Source: a virus | Virus record (IMG/VR): IMGVR_UViG_3300029258_002996 | DNA length: 64,000 bases | Reading direction: 5' to 3' (one strand) | Translations under genes and position numbers: made by a program | The notes under the pieces: model-generated | Told to the model about the DNA's origin: nothing | The model's database searches: none | The model's input: only the letters and a program-made list of their open reading frames with translations | Part shown: one piece after another, positions 45,361 through 53,992 of the stretch | Layout: every line of letters starts with the position of its first letter | How positions within the stretch are numbered: the stretch's first letter is position 1

Positions 45361-46290
45361 TCACTCCCCATGATATCGAGACTCCTTGTACTCCTCCCAA
45401 CTCATGCTCTTAAGGGCTGGCTTGAAATTCACCCATCGTGCGAAGTGGGCTTGGAGTTTCGTGGGCGGAGTTCCTTCTCGATCTATGTAGGGCTGCGCAT
45501 GAGGGTCCACGTAGAGCGTCTTCAGAACCTTCAGCCGCTCTAACGCCTCCTCGATGTCCTTCACCAACATGTAGCAACAATATCTGGCCGGAGTTACGTT
45601 ATTCCATCTCAGATTCGCCACTGCCTTCACCGCGTACTTGATCTGACTCTGGCTATCGCACGCGATCCGGAGAGGTTCGAGCCATTTCACCTTCGCCAAC
45701 AACCGCGCCATCGAATCGTCGATAAAGCGAGCGTCAAGACCCTGGTTGAAGTCCACTTTGACACCGAGCTTCGCGATTTTTTCTATCTGGGCGATGCCGT
45801 GATCGCTGGCGAGGATGTTGTTGTCCATAATGATAACGGAATCGTGCCGCAGGAACTCCTCGATGTCCGCGTGCGCTCGAAGCTTCCCCTCCTTCTCCGG
45901 TACGAAACAGAAACTGCACTTGCGGTCGCAACCTCTCGTGAGAAAACCGAACGAACTCTTGGTTTTGTATAAGTCGTAATCCGGGCAGATATGCTCAATC
46001 TCGTCGGGAAGCCATTCCGTGTAGCCGTAGCCGAATCCTCCACAACGAGCTGTAGGGGGAAGGTCCGGGTCCGCCTCGGAATACGTAAAAACCCGACTGG
46101 AATAGATTAGGTCGAACGGCCCCGGATCCGCCGGAATGAACCCTTCAATACCTTTGAACCACCCGACCGAGTCCCCGCGAGCTTTGTGCCACGCAGAGAG
46201 CTTCATCAACGCCAGATTGGGGAATACGTCTCTCTTCCTTTTTTTAGAAATAGGGGTTGGCTTATCAGGTGTGTGTAGTCCGACTCGCAT
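45361..46290 (-). CDS. Radical SAM protein
   Basis: TRGCDRKCSFC (CxxxCxxC); FPNLALMKLS N-terminus; DNN, FNQGLDAR. Confidence 0.9.
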   Translation of the reverse strand: MRVGLHTPDKPTPISKKRKRDVFPNLALMKLSAWHKARGDSVGWFKGIEGFIPADPGPFDLIYSSRVFTYSEADPDLPPTARCGGFGYGYTEWLPDEIEHICPDYDLYKTKSSFGFLTRGCDRKCSFCFVPEKEGKLRAHADIEEFLRHDSVIIMDNNILASDHGIAQIEKIAKLGVKVDFNQGLDARFIDDSMARLLAKVKWLEPLRIACDSQSQIKYAVKAVANLRWNNVTPARYCCYMLVKDIEEALERLKVLKTLYVDPHAQPYIDREGTPPTKLQAHFARWVNFKPALKSMSWEEYKESRYHGE

Positions 46291-46441
46291 CGATGCGCGC
46301 TCCTTCCGAGGACCCCGCCCTGTTTTTCTTTCGGAAATCCTCTGTAAGGATTTCTACCAGAACAAGACTCGGGGATCCACCTTAAAATCTCGGCGTCGAC
46401 TCAAAAAGTCAAAACACCGGAAATTACCAAGGCACGCCCGA

Positions 46442-47461
46442 TCACTTCGATTTCAGACCGATTTCTCCTTTTTTCAAAGCCTTGCGACGCAGTTCCACGC
46501 GCCTGTTTCTCGCCTCCTTCATTAGGCGCTTTTCCCTTTTGTACTGTCTCTGCAACTCCCTTATTTGACCCTCTTCCGCTTCATAATGATCTCTAGAGTA
46601 AGATAGGAGATTCACCTTATTGTGCTCCTTGCTATAGTTGTTGTAGATCTTATTCAATAGCTTGAGATAATAATCTCCATCAGGCTGCTTGACCATCAAG
46701 TGGTGGTGAGTGCTTACCTTCTCAAGAAACCGAGAAGGACGAAACTTGGGATTCCGCGCCAGTGCGACAAGTGCGCGCACAAACTCAATCCCGGTAGCGA
46801 ATTTAGCATTTTTTGGATGCTTCACCGCCAGCACGGCGGCGCTCTTACAGGCGTAAAGCAACTCCCCAACCTGATTTGCGAACGCCTCATCCGTCACCAC
46901 GAACTCCTCCTTGCGCACTGTGTCGTTAACCATCCCCCCGACACCGCCAAGTAGGTACGAGGCTACCTTGAAGCCACACCCGTGCTTAGCAACAAACGCC
47001 TCAAGCTTGTGATAGTCCTCACTGCCGCCTCTCTCATACGCTCCTGAGAAGCCCGGAGCGCTCCATGCCTTGGAGGTGGCCTCTTCGTGGTAAGTGCTCA
47101 CCTCGGTATTGTCAATCACAAACCAGATGGGGAGTGCCATCTCTCGGGCAATACAGAATCGGTGATGTCCGGATACGATCTCCAAGCGACCATCCGCGAG
47201 AGCCTTCACCCCTATGGGATGGCGCTTGAGATGCCCATGAAGATCGAAGGACTCTCTTAACAATTCGGCTCGGATCGTCTCTACGCGGTTTTTCTCTCCC
47301 AACAAGAAACGGTCGTAATCCCAAGTCTTGAAAACACCGCCAACTTCCTCAATCCACGGCTCCTCCCCCGCTAGCCCGGCACTCTCGATTTGCCGTGCCA
47401 TAAGGTCGGACACTTCTGCCCTTGCGTCGCTTCTCTCCTTTGGATTTCCCATCTTCTTCAC
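46442..47461 (-). CDS. ParB/Srx N-terminal-domain protein
   Basis: HPIGV..LEIVSGHHRF. Confidence 0.7.
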   Translation of the reverse strand: MKKMGNPKERSDARAEVSDLMARQIESAGLAGEEPWIEEVGGVFKTWDYDRFLLGEKNRVETIRAELLRESFDLHGHLKRHPIGVKALADGRLEIVSGHHRFCIAREMALPIWFVIDNTEVSTYHEEATSKAWSAPGFSGAYERGGSEDYHKLEAFVAKHGCGFKVASYLLGGVGGMVNDTVRKEEFVVTDEAFANQVGELLYACKSAAVLAVKHPKNAKFATGIEFVRALVALARNPKFRPSRFLEKVSTHHHLMVKQPDGDYYLKLLNKIYNNYSKEHNKVNLLSYSRDHYEAEEGQIRELQRQYKREKRLMKEARNRRVELRRKALKKGEIGLKSK

Positions 47462-48546
47462 TCCCTTTCGTTTGATTCTTCATTGCAAACTTCCCCCACC
47501 GAATCTTCTTCAGTTTCAGAAGAGTCGATGAAAAAATCATCCACTTTGTACCAAAATGGAATTCCCAGCTTCTTCGCCACATCAAACAGATGTTTTCCAT
47601 CCACAACTTCGTATTTTCCGTCTTCCCGAGATTTCACGATTACCGGCTTCGACTTATCGAATCCGGACGCTTCCATAAAGTTCTGCAACATGCGTTTTTT
47701 TCCTTTGACTTCTTTATACGGAGGCACTATAAAATCTTCGAAATTAGAAGACTCCTTCGCTAAGATGATCTTTTTCTTCTCTTCGTTTTCGTCCAACCAT
47801 TTTCGAAGAAGAGCCCACGCAGCTTTACGTTCCGGATCGCCATTCTCAATCCGGGACATCGAATCAATCGCGCGTCGTGCCCAACCAAGTCCTCTAAGAG
47901 GTGCAGTACATTGTTTCATCGACTGTTCTCTTTTCTTCTTCCTGCGTTTGGACGCAGCAATATACCCAGGTGACTTTCTCTTTGAAATTTGATCTTGTAG
48001 TATTGGATCCGGATCTACTTTATCGCGCACGCGAACACCGCAATGCTCCGCATACATGGGACCTTTTCCGTAAAATTTCCCCAAGCGAGCCCTAATCTGT
48101 TCGGTAACCGTCCCGTTGTTCCTGACTACTTTTTCAGGAAAACCCCGCTCAATAATGGCGCTCACGTATTTCTTGGAAATCCCGGGATTTTTCGCGTTGA
48201 GCAAGTTATGACGACGACCTACCGCCACTTTGAACGCATCTTTGTCGAGAGTCTCTGTAATTTTCCCATTCGCTAGCTGAGCCGCCATGACATAGTCCTG
48301 AGCGTCGTCGAAGGTGATGATGTAGTCAGGGGCCATCACGATCTTAGGCTCAATTCCCAGCTCTTGACAGATCCGATAACGTTCGTGTCCTTCAAGAATT
48401 ATAAGATCGTCACTGTCCTTATCCGCTTTCCATACGACGAGAGGTTCTTTCAGCCCCTCTTTTTGAATACTCTCTTTCAGCTTCCGATAGGCGGAAGCCC
48501 TCAGAGGGGGAAGCGGCTTTTTCAATAGCGGGTCTATCTTAATCAT
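47458..48546 (-). CDS. Protein with two ParB/Srx-like domains
   Basis: LKESIQKEGLKEPLVVW..LEGHERY and KPVIV..YEVVDGKH. Confidence 0.75.
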   Translation of the reverse strand: MIKIDPLLKKPLPPLRASAYRKLKESIQKEGLKEPLVVWKADKDSDDLIILEGHERYRICQELGIEPKIVMAPDYIITFDDAQDYVMAAQLANGKITETLDKDAFKVAVGRRHNLLNAKNPGISKKYVSAIIERGFPEKVVRNNGTVTEQIRARLGKFYGKGPMYAEHCGVRVRDKVDPDPILQDQISKRKSPGYIAASKRRKKKREQSMKQCTAPLRGLGWARRAIDSMSRIENGDPERKAAWALLRKWLDENEEKKKIILAKESSNFEDFIVPPYKEVKGKKRMLQNFMEASGFDKSKPVIVKSREDGKYEVVDGKHLFDVAKKLGIPFWYKVDDFFIDSSETEEDSVGEVCNEESNERE

Positions 48547-48645
48547 TTTTACCCATACGACTGCTTACGATTGCACGGCCTCCATACCCTTACAATACCA
48601 AACAGGTAGCTCCGGAGACCTGCGAAATCTCAAACTCAGCCTCTT

Positions 48646-48674
48646 CATATACTACAGAGCCGGGGGTCTGTCAA
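48646..48674 (-). promoter_or_regulatory. sigma70-like promoter GCTATA-TTGACA-N17-TATATG
   Basis: Perfect -35; the 12-mer GCTATATTGACA is shared with the 49511 promoter. Confidence 0.6.
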
Positions 48675-48719
48675 TATAGCGGAAAGAAAAAATTTAGCCA
48701 ATACGTATCGGAATCCGAA

Positions 48720-49469
48720 TCAGGGGTGGCAGATGTCGAACGGGTCTGCGGGAAGGTCCCTGCAAAGTTGACCCGGAGGGCATTGGTCGTCGTGGCCGCA
48801 TTTTAACGTACAGTTCCGACCGGTCACCAACGCACACTCTCCCTGAGCATCGTATGAATGTTCGCAACCTGAGATCACATCCCCGCTTATCGGATCCTTG
48901 CACTCCCGAGCGCAAACCCCAAAATCAGAAGGTGTGATAACCAAGCCGATACAAGGAGACCCGTCGTTGCAATCCTGACCGCGAGGATTGCACGCACACG
49001 GCCACCCCGAGTTCAGCGGACACGGCTCTCGGCATTCACACACCGTCCAACCCATCCGGTCCGGTCGACATTCTTGCGTACCCGGATCCGCAGGAGGGCA
49101 AGTACAAATTTGAGTTTCCCCAGGATCGCACACAAAGCCGGTTCCGGTATCGCTGCCAGTTCCGGTATCTGAGTCAGCGTCCGTGTCGCCATCCACATCG
49201 AGATCAGCATCTCCGTCGAGATCCCCATCGGAATCCGAGTCGGAGTCTCCATCCGCGTCCAGGTCTGCACCACCGTCTGCGTCAGAATCCGTGTCCCCGT
49301 CACCGTCCGCATCTCCGTCCGAACCGGGTCCATGCACAGACTTCTCGGAATCCTGAGAATCGACCGCTGCCTGAAAATCAGTGTCGGTGTCTGCGTTCTC
49401 CCCCGGCTCCCCCAGCTCCGCGTTGCAGCCCAGAAACACAAAGCTCAAAGCCAAAATCCAACAAGTCAT
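48720..49469 (-). CDS. Lipoprotein with Asp-rich (DxDxD) repeat and Cys-rich C-terminal domain
   Basis: Hydrophobic leader with lipobox FLGC; DGDADGDGDTDSD repeats; CDPGETQICTC and many further Cys; AGGAGG RBS. Confidence 0.8.
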   Translation of the reverse strand: MTCWILALSFVFLGCNAELGEPGENADTDTDFQAAVDSQDSEKSVHGPGSDGDADGDGDTDSDADGGADLDADGDSDSDSDGDLDGDADLDVDGDTDADSDTGTGSDTGTGFVCDPGETQICTCPPADPGTQECRPDRMGWTVCECREPCPLNSGWPCACNPRGQDCNDGSPCIGLVITPSDFGVCARECKDPISGDVISGCEHSYDAQGECALVTGRNCTLKCGHDDQCPPGQLCRDLPADPFDICHP

Positions 49470-49487
49470 GGCACACCTCCTGAAGCT

Positions 49488-49516
49488 ACCTTACCAAGGA
49501 GTTGGACTCTTGTCAA
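49488..49516 (-). promoter_or_regulatory. sigma70-like promoter TTGACA-N17-TAAGGT driving the lipoprotein gene
   Basis: Perfect -35, TGn extended -10, RBS and ATG just downstream. Confidence 0.62.
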
Positions 49517-49533
49517 TATAGCAAAGAGTGGAG

Positions 49534-52500
49534 CTAGAAAACGGTCGCCAGACCTCCATCATCCATCCGAATGTTGGTAGGCGCAAGAGTAAGTCCAACC
49601 GTAATCACCTTGGTCCCCATCTGAGTTTTTGGCTGCCCGCTCAAGTTTGGAACGCTCATCACGTTGTTGCGAACGACAGGATAAAACTTAAAATTCGCAT
49701 TTGCGGAGGTTTCTACATAGAGAGCGTAGTAAGACCCGGTACTCAGATTGTTGTCCAAAATCAGATTACCCTCGATAAAAGCAGCCCCATGAATCAACCC
49801 ACCTCCGTAACCTGTTTCACTCACATATAGCCCGTGAATGGCCACGGGAGTAGGCGTTGCACTATGGTTATCAATCACGTTGTCTTTGATCGCAAAATGA
49901 CCTTTGTCGTATTTCGCGTAATCGCGAACAATAATATGCTGCCCAGTTCCGCTAACAAGACCATCGCAACTTATATAAGTTTTGTTCGATTGAATAGAAA
50001 AATGAGAACAAGATCCTAACGCAATGCAAGAACTATTGTCCAACAGTAAATTGTCACTACTACGCCCCTGCATAAAAATTTCATTACTATGAATCGTAAG
50101 ATGAGCACTGTTATCCGCTCCTATAATTCCATAGCCACCCAACAAACCTCCAAGACTGGTATATGGATTGTCGCGTTCCGTAACAATACGTATCGCGTTG
50201 TTTGAAACAATCGAACGATCTTGCTTAACGAGAATTCCAACACTTTCAGAATAAATTACGTTTCCGTCGATGGTAGTGTCGGTTACTCGCGCTATGATGC
50301 CCCCCTTAAATACTTTAAGATCATTATTGTTCAGAACCCAATATCGCCCTAAATTGCTAGGGAATATAACTCCTTCTCCAAGATCTTTAACTGTATTTTC
50401 TCCAATATTGCAATAATCGCTATTATAAACACGAAAAGCAGTGCCATCGATAGAAGTCGAGCCGTCCACACGCTTGATCGAATTTCCCTTAAAAACAGAA
50501 TTCAGGACAGTTCGAATTTCAAAACCAACTTCTACATCCCCCGTACTATCACCTAGCTCTACGTGATTTTCAAAAACCTTGGCATAATCGGTATCCTTCA
50601 AAAAAACCGGATTTACAAAACCAGTACCGCCAGAACACAAAAAACGATTTTCACTAACGATGGGGGCTTGGCAGTACTCCAAACGTAAGACCGAAACATC
50701 GTCAGTAGAGCGAAAATGATTCCCTGCGATCTGAAAATTCTGATATCCATTTGCAAGAGAAATCGCATTAGCAAAAATCGTAGCTCGGTTCAAAATAAAT
50801 TCACAATTCCGAATAGTGACATTCTCGATTTTCGACACACCTACCCAACTAGAATCATCAAGAGTCATAAAATATTGAGTAGGGTTTGCATGCGTATACT
50901 TACATCCACGTATCTCGATGCCGTTTGCAACTCTCAAAGCCGCACCCGCACCGCTCTGCGAGTGAATGCATAAATTCTCCAGAACATTACGCTCCGAGAG
51001 AGCCCATGCACCATCCGCACTACCGTAGTTAATGTATACCGTGCTTCCTTCCGGAGACGCATCGTGGCCCGCAGTCCCTCGCACATTCACATAAGTTGGC
51101 TGCACAATACGTCTGGAAATGTTGCTTTCGGCTACTAAGATCACCTCGATGGATCCGGCAAAATGAGGATACTGCTGAGCCAGCTCCGCATACAGAAAAG
51201 CGGATTCCAAGCTGTCGAAAGTAGCTGCAAAAGTCGACAATATGGAAGAACTCCTGCGATTCCCAACCGACCACTCAACTTCCACATTGTTAATGTTCTT
51301 AGAGATGTCCACAGTGTCCGTCACTGCCCCACCGGAAGCATCGACCAACCAAAGTGCCACACCGCGCTCGGGCGGATCCGTTTGGTCTTCTTCCCCGGTG
51401 GAAGCCACCGAGAAGTGAGTTTCGTCGTCAACCCGGGGTGTCAACGCAGACGCGCCGACCACGTATTTCAACGCACTGACTACACTTCCGCTAAAGTCAT
51501 TGGTCACGTCCAAAACGTCGAAATTTCCTTCAAAATCGACATAGACCAAATTCGTCGCGTTGTCTGCGAACCCTAAAGACGTGGCCCCCGTAGTCTCGAT
51601 ACGCTTTCCTCGGCAGTAGTACGCGCCACCTCGAATGTCGGCTGCCAAAGCTGCGATATTGTACAGCTCGAACTCGTTAGCGAAGCCGTTCCGGTTGAAG
51701 ACGATCCCGGAGGAGAGATACTCGTTGTTTGGGGAATAGATCATCTCCTGCAACGCGGAATCAGCCATGTTTTCGACGCACAGAGTTCCCCACGATCTTT
51801 TGTCAATAGTGCGACGAAGACCGGTATAGGGAGCATACCCTAGCTTTCTCTTTGGAGACACTGAATCATACCAAAGAGATAGGGAGGCAATTTGCATATT
51901 TTGATCACGATCAGGAGAAGCCAGAACGTCAATATTATCTTGATAAGGTCCGGCCCCTGATGGGAGAGTATCGTCCGCAGCAGTGGGAGTATCATTCCCG
52001 TTTACCCACAAATCAATCCAATCAATTCCATTCTTTGCATACAGCCGAATCACTTGACTTATCAGATCAGAAGAAGCGATGGATAAAGGTTTCCCGCCGT
52101 CCCAAGTGAATATGTAGTTACCTCCTGAAACTTCATATTTTAAAATAAGTCCCGAAGCAGCGGGGTAATCTTTCGAGCAATCCACAATCCAGGTTCCTTG
52201 AACATTCCGAGTTCCTGGAGGATAACTCATTTTCCTTTTTGCAAAAACATTCGATTCATCGTCTACGTATACTTCCAAAAGACCCGTAGATGTAGAATTC
52301 CCCCAATTGGCGTCCCAGCTACCTGGATCAAAGTAAATTTGATTGTTCAAAATCGAGTCGAACTGCTTCCCATTGATATAGAACAAATCTCCAGAACTGG
52401 GATCCTGAATGTTCAAGGTATCGCCACCCGTGCTACCGGTGTTGATGGTGGCCTGAAAAATATTCGATGAGGATCCCTTCCAGATCCCGTTGCAGTGCAT

Positions 52501-53487
52501 CACGTCCTGGTGCTGCTCCAGGTAAGGCAACGACTCTCCTGCGATGTCCTCTACCGACAGCCCGTGCGGATTGGTAGGACTGACGACACCGGTCCCTCGA
52601 AGATTCCGATGCAGAAGATCCGCAGCGGTGAGTCTCGGAACCGCCTGGTAGTAGAGATTCGTGACCGTGATGGTCTCGGTGATGGGTAGGCCGCTGGTAG
52701 GGAGAAGAGAAAGCGTCACCAAACACCGAATGTACTCCCCGGCCCCATCCGTGAAATTGTAGATTCCGTCCGAAGTGATGGACACGGTAGGTCCCGTACC
52801 GTTCGAAGTGGTCCACTCGAAATCATGAGGAGCGCCGGGCTTGTCGTACTCCAAGCTCCCATCGCCAACCGGGGTGTTCGGAGACACTTCGAGCACGGTA
52901 ACGCCCGTGATCTGAATGAGGGTGCTCGGGGTCGAATAGAGGATGTTGTTGAACGTGGTCGGTCCTTCGATGTTGCTCTGGGTCAGGGAAGTGGTCGCTC
53001 CTTGCGCCGTCACCTTCCCAATCAAGAGGCAGCGATCCTGGGCATCATTGGCCAGGTTGTCGTCCGTGGCGGGGAGAGCGTTGAACTCCGCGTCGGTGAA
53101 AACTCGAATCCTCCACGCGGCCTGCGCTCGGGTCGGATATCTCTCATTGTCGCTCTCGTGGGGCTGGTAGTAGTCTTCATCCTCGGTGTAGACGGCACAA
53201 ACCCGGTTCACCACCCCAGAGGTGTAGTCGGAAAGGGCGATATTGTAGTAGTCGCTCGTCGTCTCGATGTACTCGCCGTTCGGAGCGTAACCCGAGAGCT
53301 GCTTCACGTCGATGTTCAGATACGGAGCGGACCCCGATGTATTGACCGTGATTTCGCCTCCGGTGAAGATCCCGCGAGAAGTCCAGTCGACGCGATTTCT
53401 GAGAATCTCTTCGGCCTTTGTGACTTCGGTTCGACGAAGTGCGACGTGGTCTACGACAACGCCGTCCGGATAGGTGCTACCTCTCAT
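49534..53487 (-). CDS. Tail fibre/tailspike with C-terminal right-handed beta-helix (depolymerase-like)
   Basis: 1317 aa; NPHG motif; repeated IxxNxI/F beta-helix rungs in the C-terminal half; follows the baseplate genes. Confidence 0.8.
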   Translation of the reverse strand: MRGSTYPDGVVVDHVALRRTEVTKAEEILRNRVDWTSRGIFTGGEITVNTSGSAPYLNIDVKQLSGYAPNGEYIETTSDYYNIALSDYTSGVVNRVCAVYTEDEDYYQPHESDNERYPTRAQAAWRIRVFTDAEFNALPATDDNLANDAQDRCLLIGKVTAQGATTSLTQSNIEGPTTFNNILYSTPSTLIQITGVTVLEVSPNTPVGDGSLEYDKPGAPHDFEWTTSNGTGPTVSITSDGIYNFTDGAGEYIRCLVTLSLLPTSGLPITETITVTNLYYQAVPRLTAADLLHRNLRGTGVVSPTNPHGLSVEDIAGESLPYLEQHQDVMHCNGIWKGSSSNIFQATINTGSTGGDTLNIQDPSSGDLFYINGKQFDSILNNQIYFDPGSWDANWGNSTSTGLLEVYVDDESNVFAKRKMSYPPGTRNVQGTWIVDCSKDYPAASGLILKYEVSGGNYIFTWDGGKPLSIASSDLISQVIRLYAKNGIDWIDLWVNGNDTPTAADDTLPSGAGPYQDNIDVLASPDRDQNMQIASLSLWYDSVSPKRKLGYAPYTGLRRTIDKRSWGTLCVENMADSALQEMIYSPNNEYLSSGIVFNRNGFANEFELYNIAALAADIRGGAYYCRGKRIETTGATSLGFADNATNLVYVDFEGNFDVLDVTNDFSGSVVSALKYVVGASALTPRVDDETHFSVASTGEEDQTDPPERGVALWLVDASGGAVTDTVDISKNINNVEVEWSVGNRRSSSILSTFAATFDSLESAFLYAELAQQYPHFAGSIEVILVAESNISRRIVQPTYVNVRGTAGHDASPEGSTVYINYGSADGAWALSERNVLENLCIHSQSGAGAALRVANGIEIRGCKYTHANPTQYFMTLDDSSWVGVSKIENVTIRNCEFILNRATIFANAISLANGYQNFQIAGNHFRSTDDVSVLRLEYCQAPIVSENRFLCSGGTGFVNPVFLKDTDYAKVFENHVELGDSTGDVEVGFEIRTVLNSVFKGNSIKRVDGSTSIDGTAFRVYNSDYCNIGENTVKDLGEGVIFPSNLGRYWVLNNNDLKVFKGGIIARVTDTTIDGNVIYSESVGILVKQDRSIVSNNAIRIVTERDNPYTSLGGLLGGYGIIGADNSAHLTIHSNEIFMQGRSSDNLLLDNSSCIALGSCSHFSIQSNKTYISCDGLVSGTGQHIIVRDYAKYDKGHFAIKDNVIDNHSATPTPVAIHGLYVSETGYGGGLIHGAAFIEGNLILDNNLSTGSYYALYVETSANANFKFYPVVRNNVMSVPNLSGQPKTQMGTKVITVGLTLAPTNIRMDDGGLATVF

Positions 53488-53506
53488 GACATCCTCCTAC
53501 AATATC

Positions 53507-53992
53507 CTACCACCAAGCCCAGCGGTCGGTCATGCCCTGAGACCACTGTTCCTTGGGGATCTCGACTTTCTGGCCCGCATACGACCTGGCACCACGTTCA
53601 AACCAGTTGTCGTAGTAGCTGTGTTTGCTGCGCTGGAACAACCAAATCCAAATCGAGTTGATGATGTATATCGGATAGAAGAAGAGACCGCAAGCGTACT
53701 GCTGTTGACAATGTCGGTTTTCGTGCTTCACAGTACGTTCCCATCTCTCCGTATCCGAATCGATCACCACTATATTATTACCGCAACTCCAGCCACCCCA
53801 ACCTCGGTCGGAAAACGCCTTCCGGCAGAACCATCCTTCATTGGTCAGGTCCCACAGAAAAGTGAAATCCGGGTACATTTTGAACTTCTGGATCTGCCCA
53901 GTCACGAGCAAGACGATTCCGAAAATCCAAAAACCCAAAGAGACCGGAAGGGTCCACAAGAACCCGAGAAAAAAGGCGATTTTCTTAAACAT
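53507..53992 (-). CDS. Membrane-anchored HExxH metallopeptidase-like protein
   Basis: N-terminal TM segment; KHENRHCQQ and NWFERGA. Confidence 0.6.
   Translation of the reverse strand: MFKKIAFFLGFLWTLPVSLGFWIFGIVLLVTGQIQKFKMYPDFTFLWDLTNEGWFCRKAFSDRGWGGWSCGNNIVVIDSDTERWERTVKHENRHCQQQYACGLFFYPIYIINSIWIWLFQRSKHSYYDNWFERGARSYAGQKVEIPKEQWSQGMTDRWAWW

Noticed and set aside
49534-53487. Diversity-generating retroelement targeting the tail fibre
   Set aside because: No reverse transcriptase and no template/variable repeat pair seen in the window
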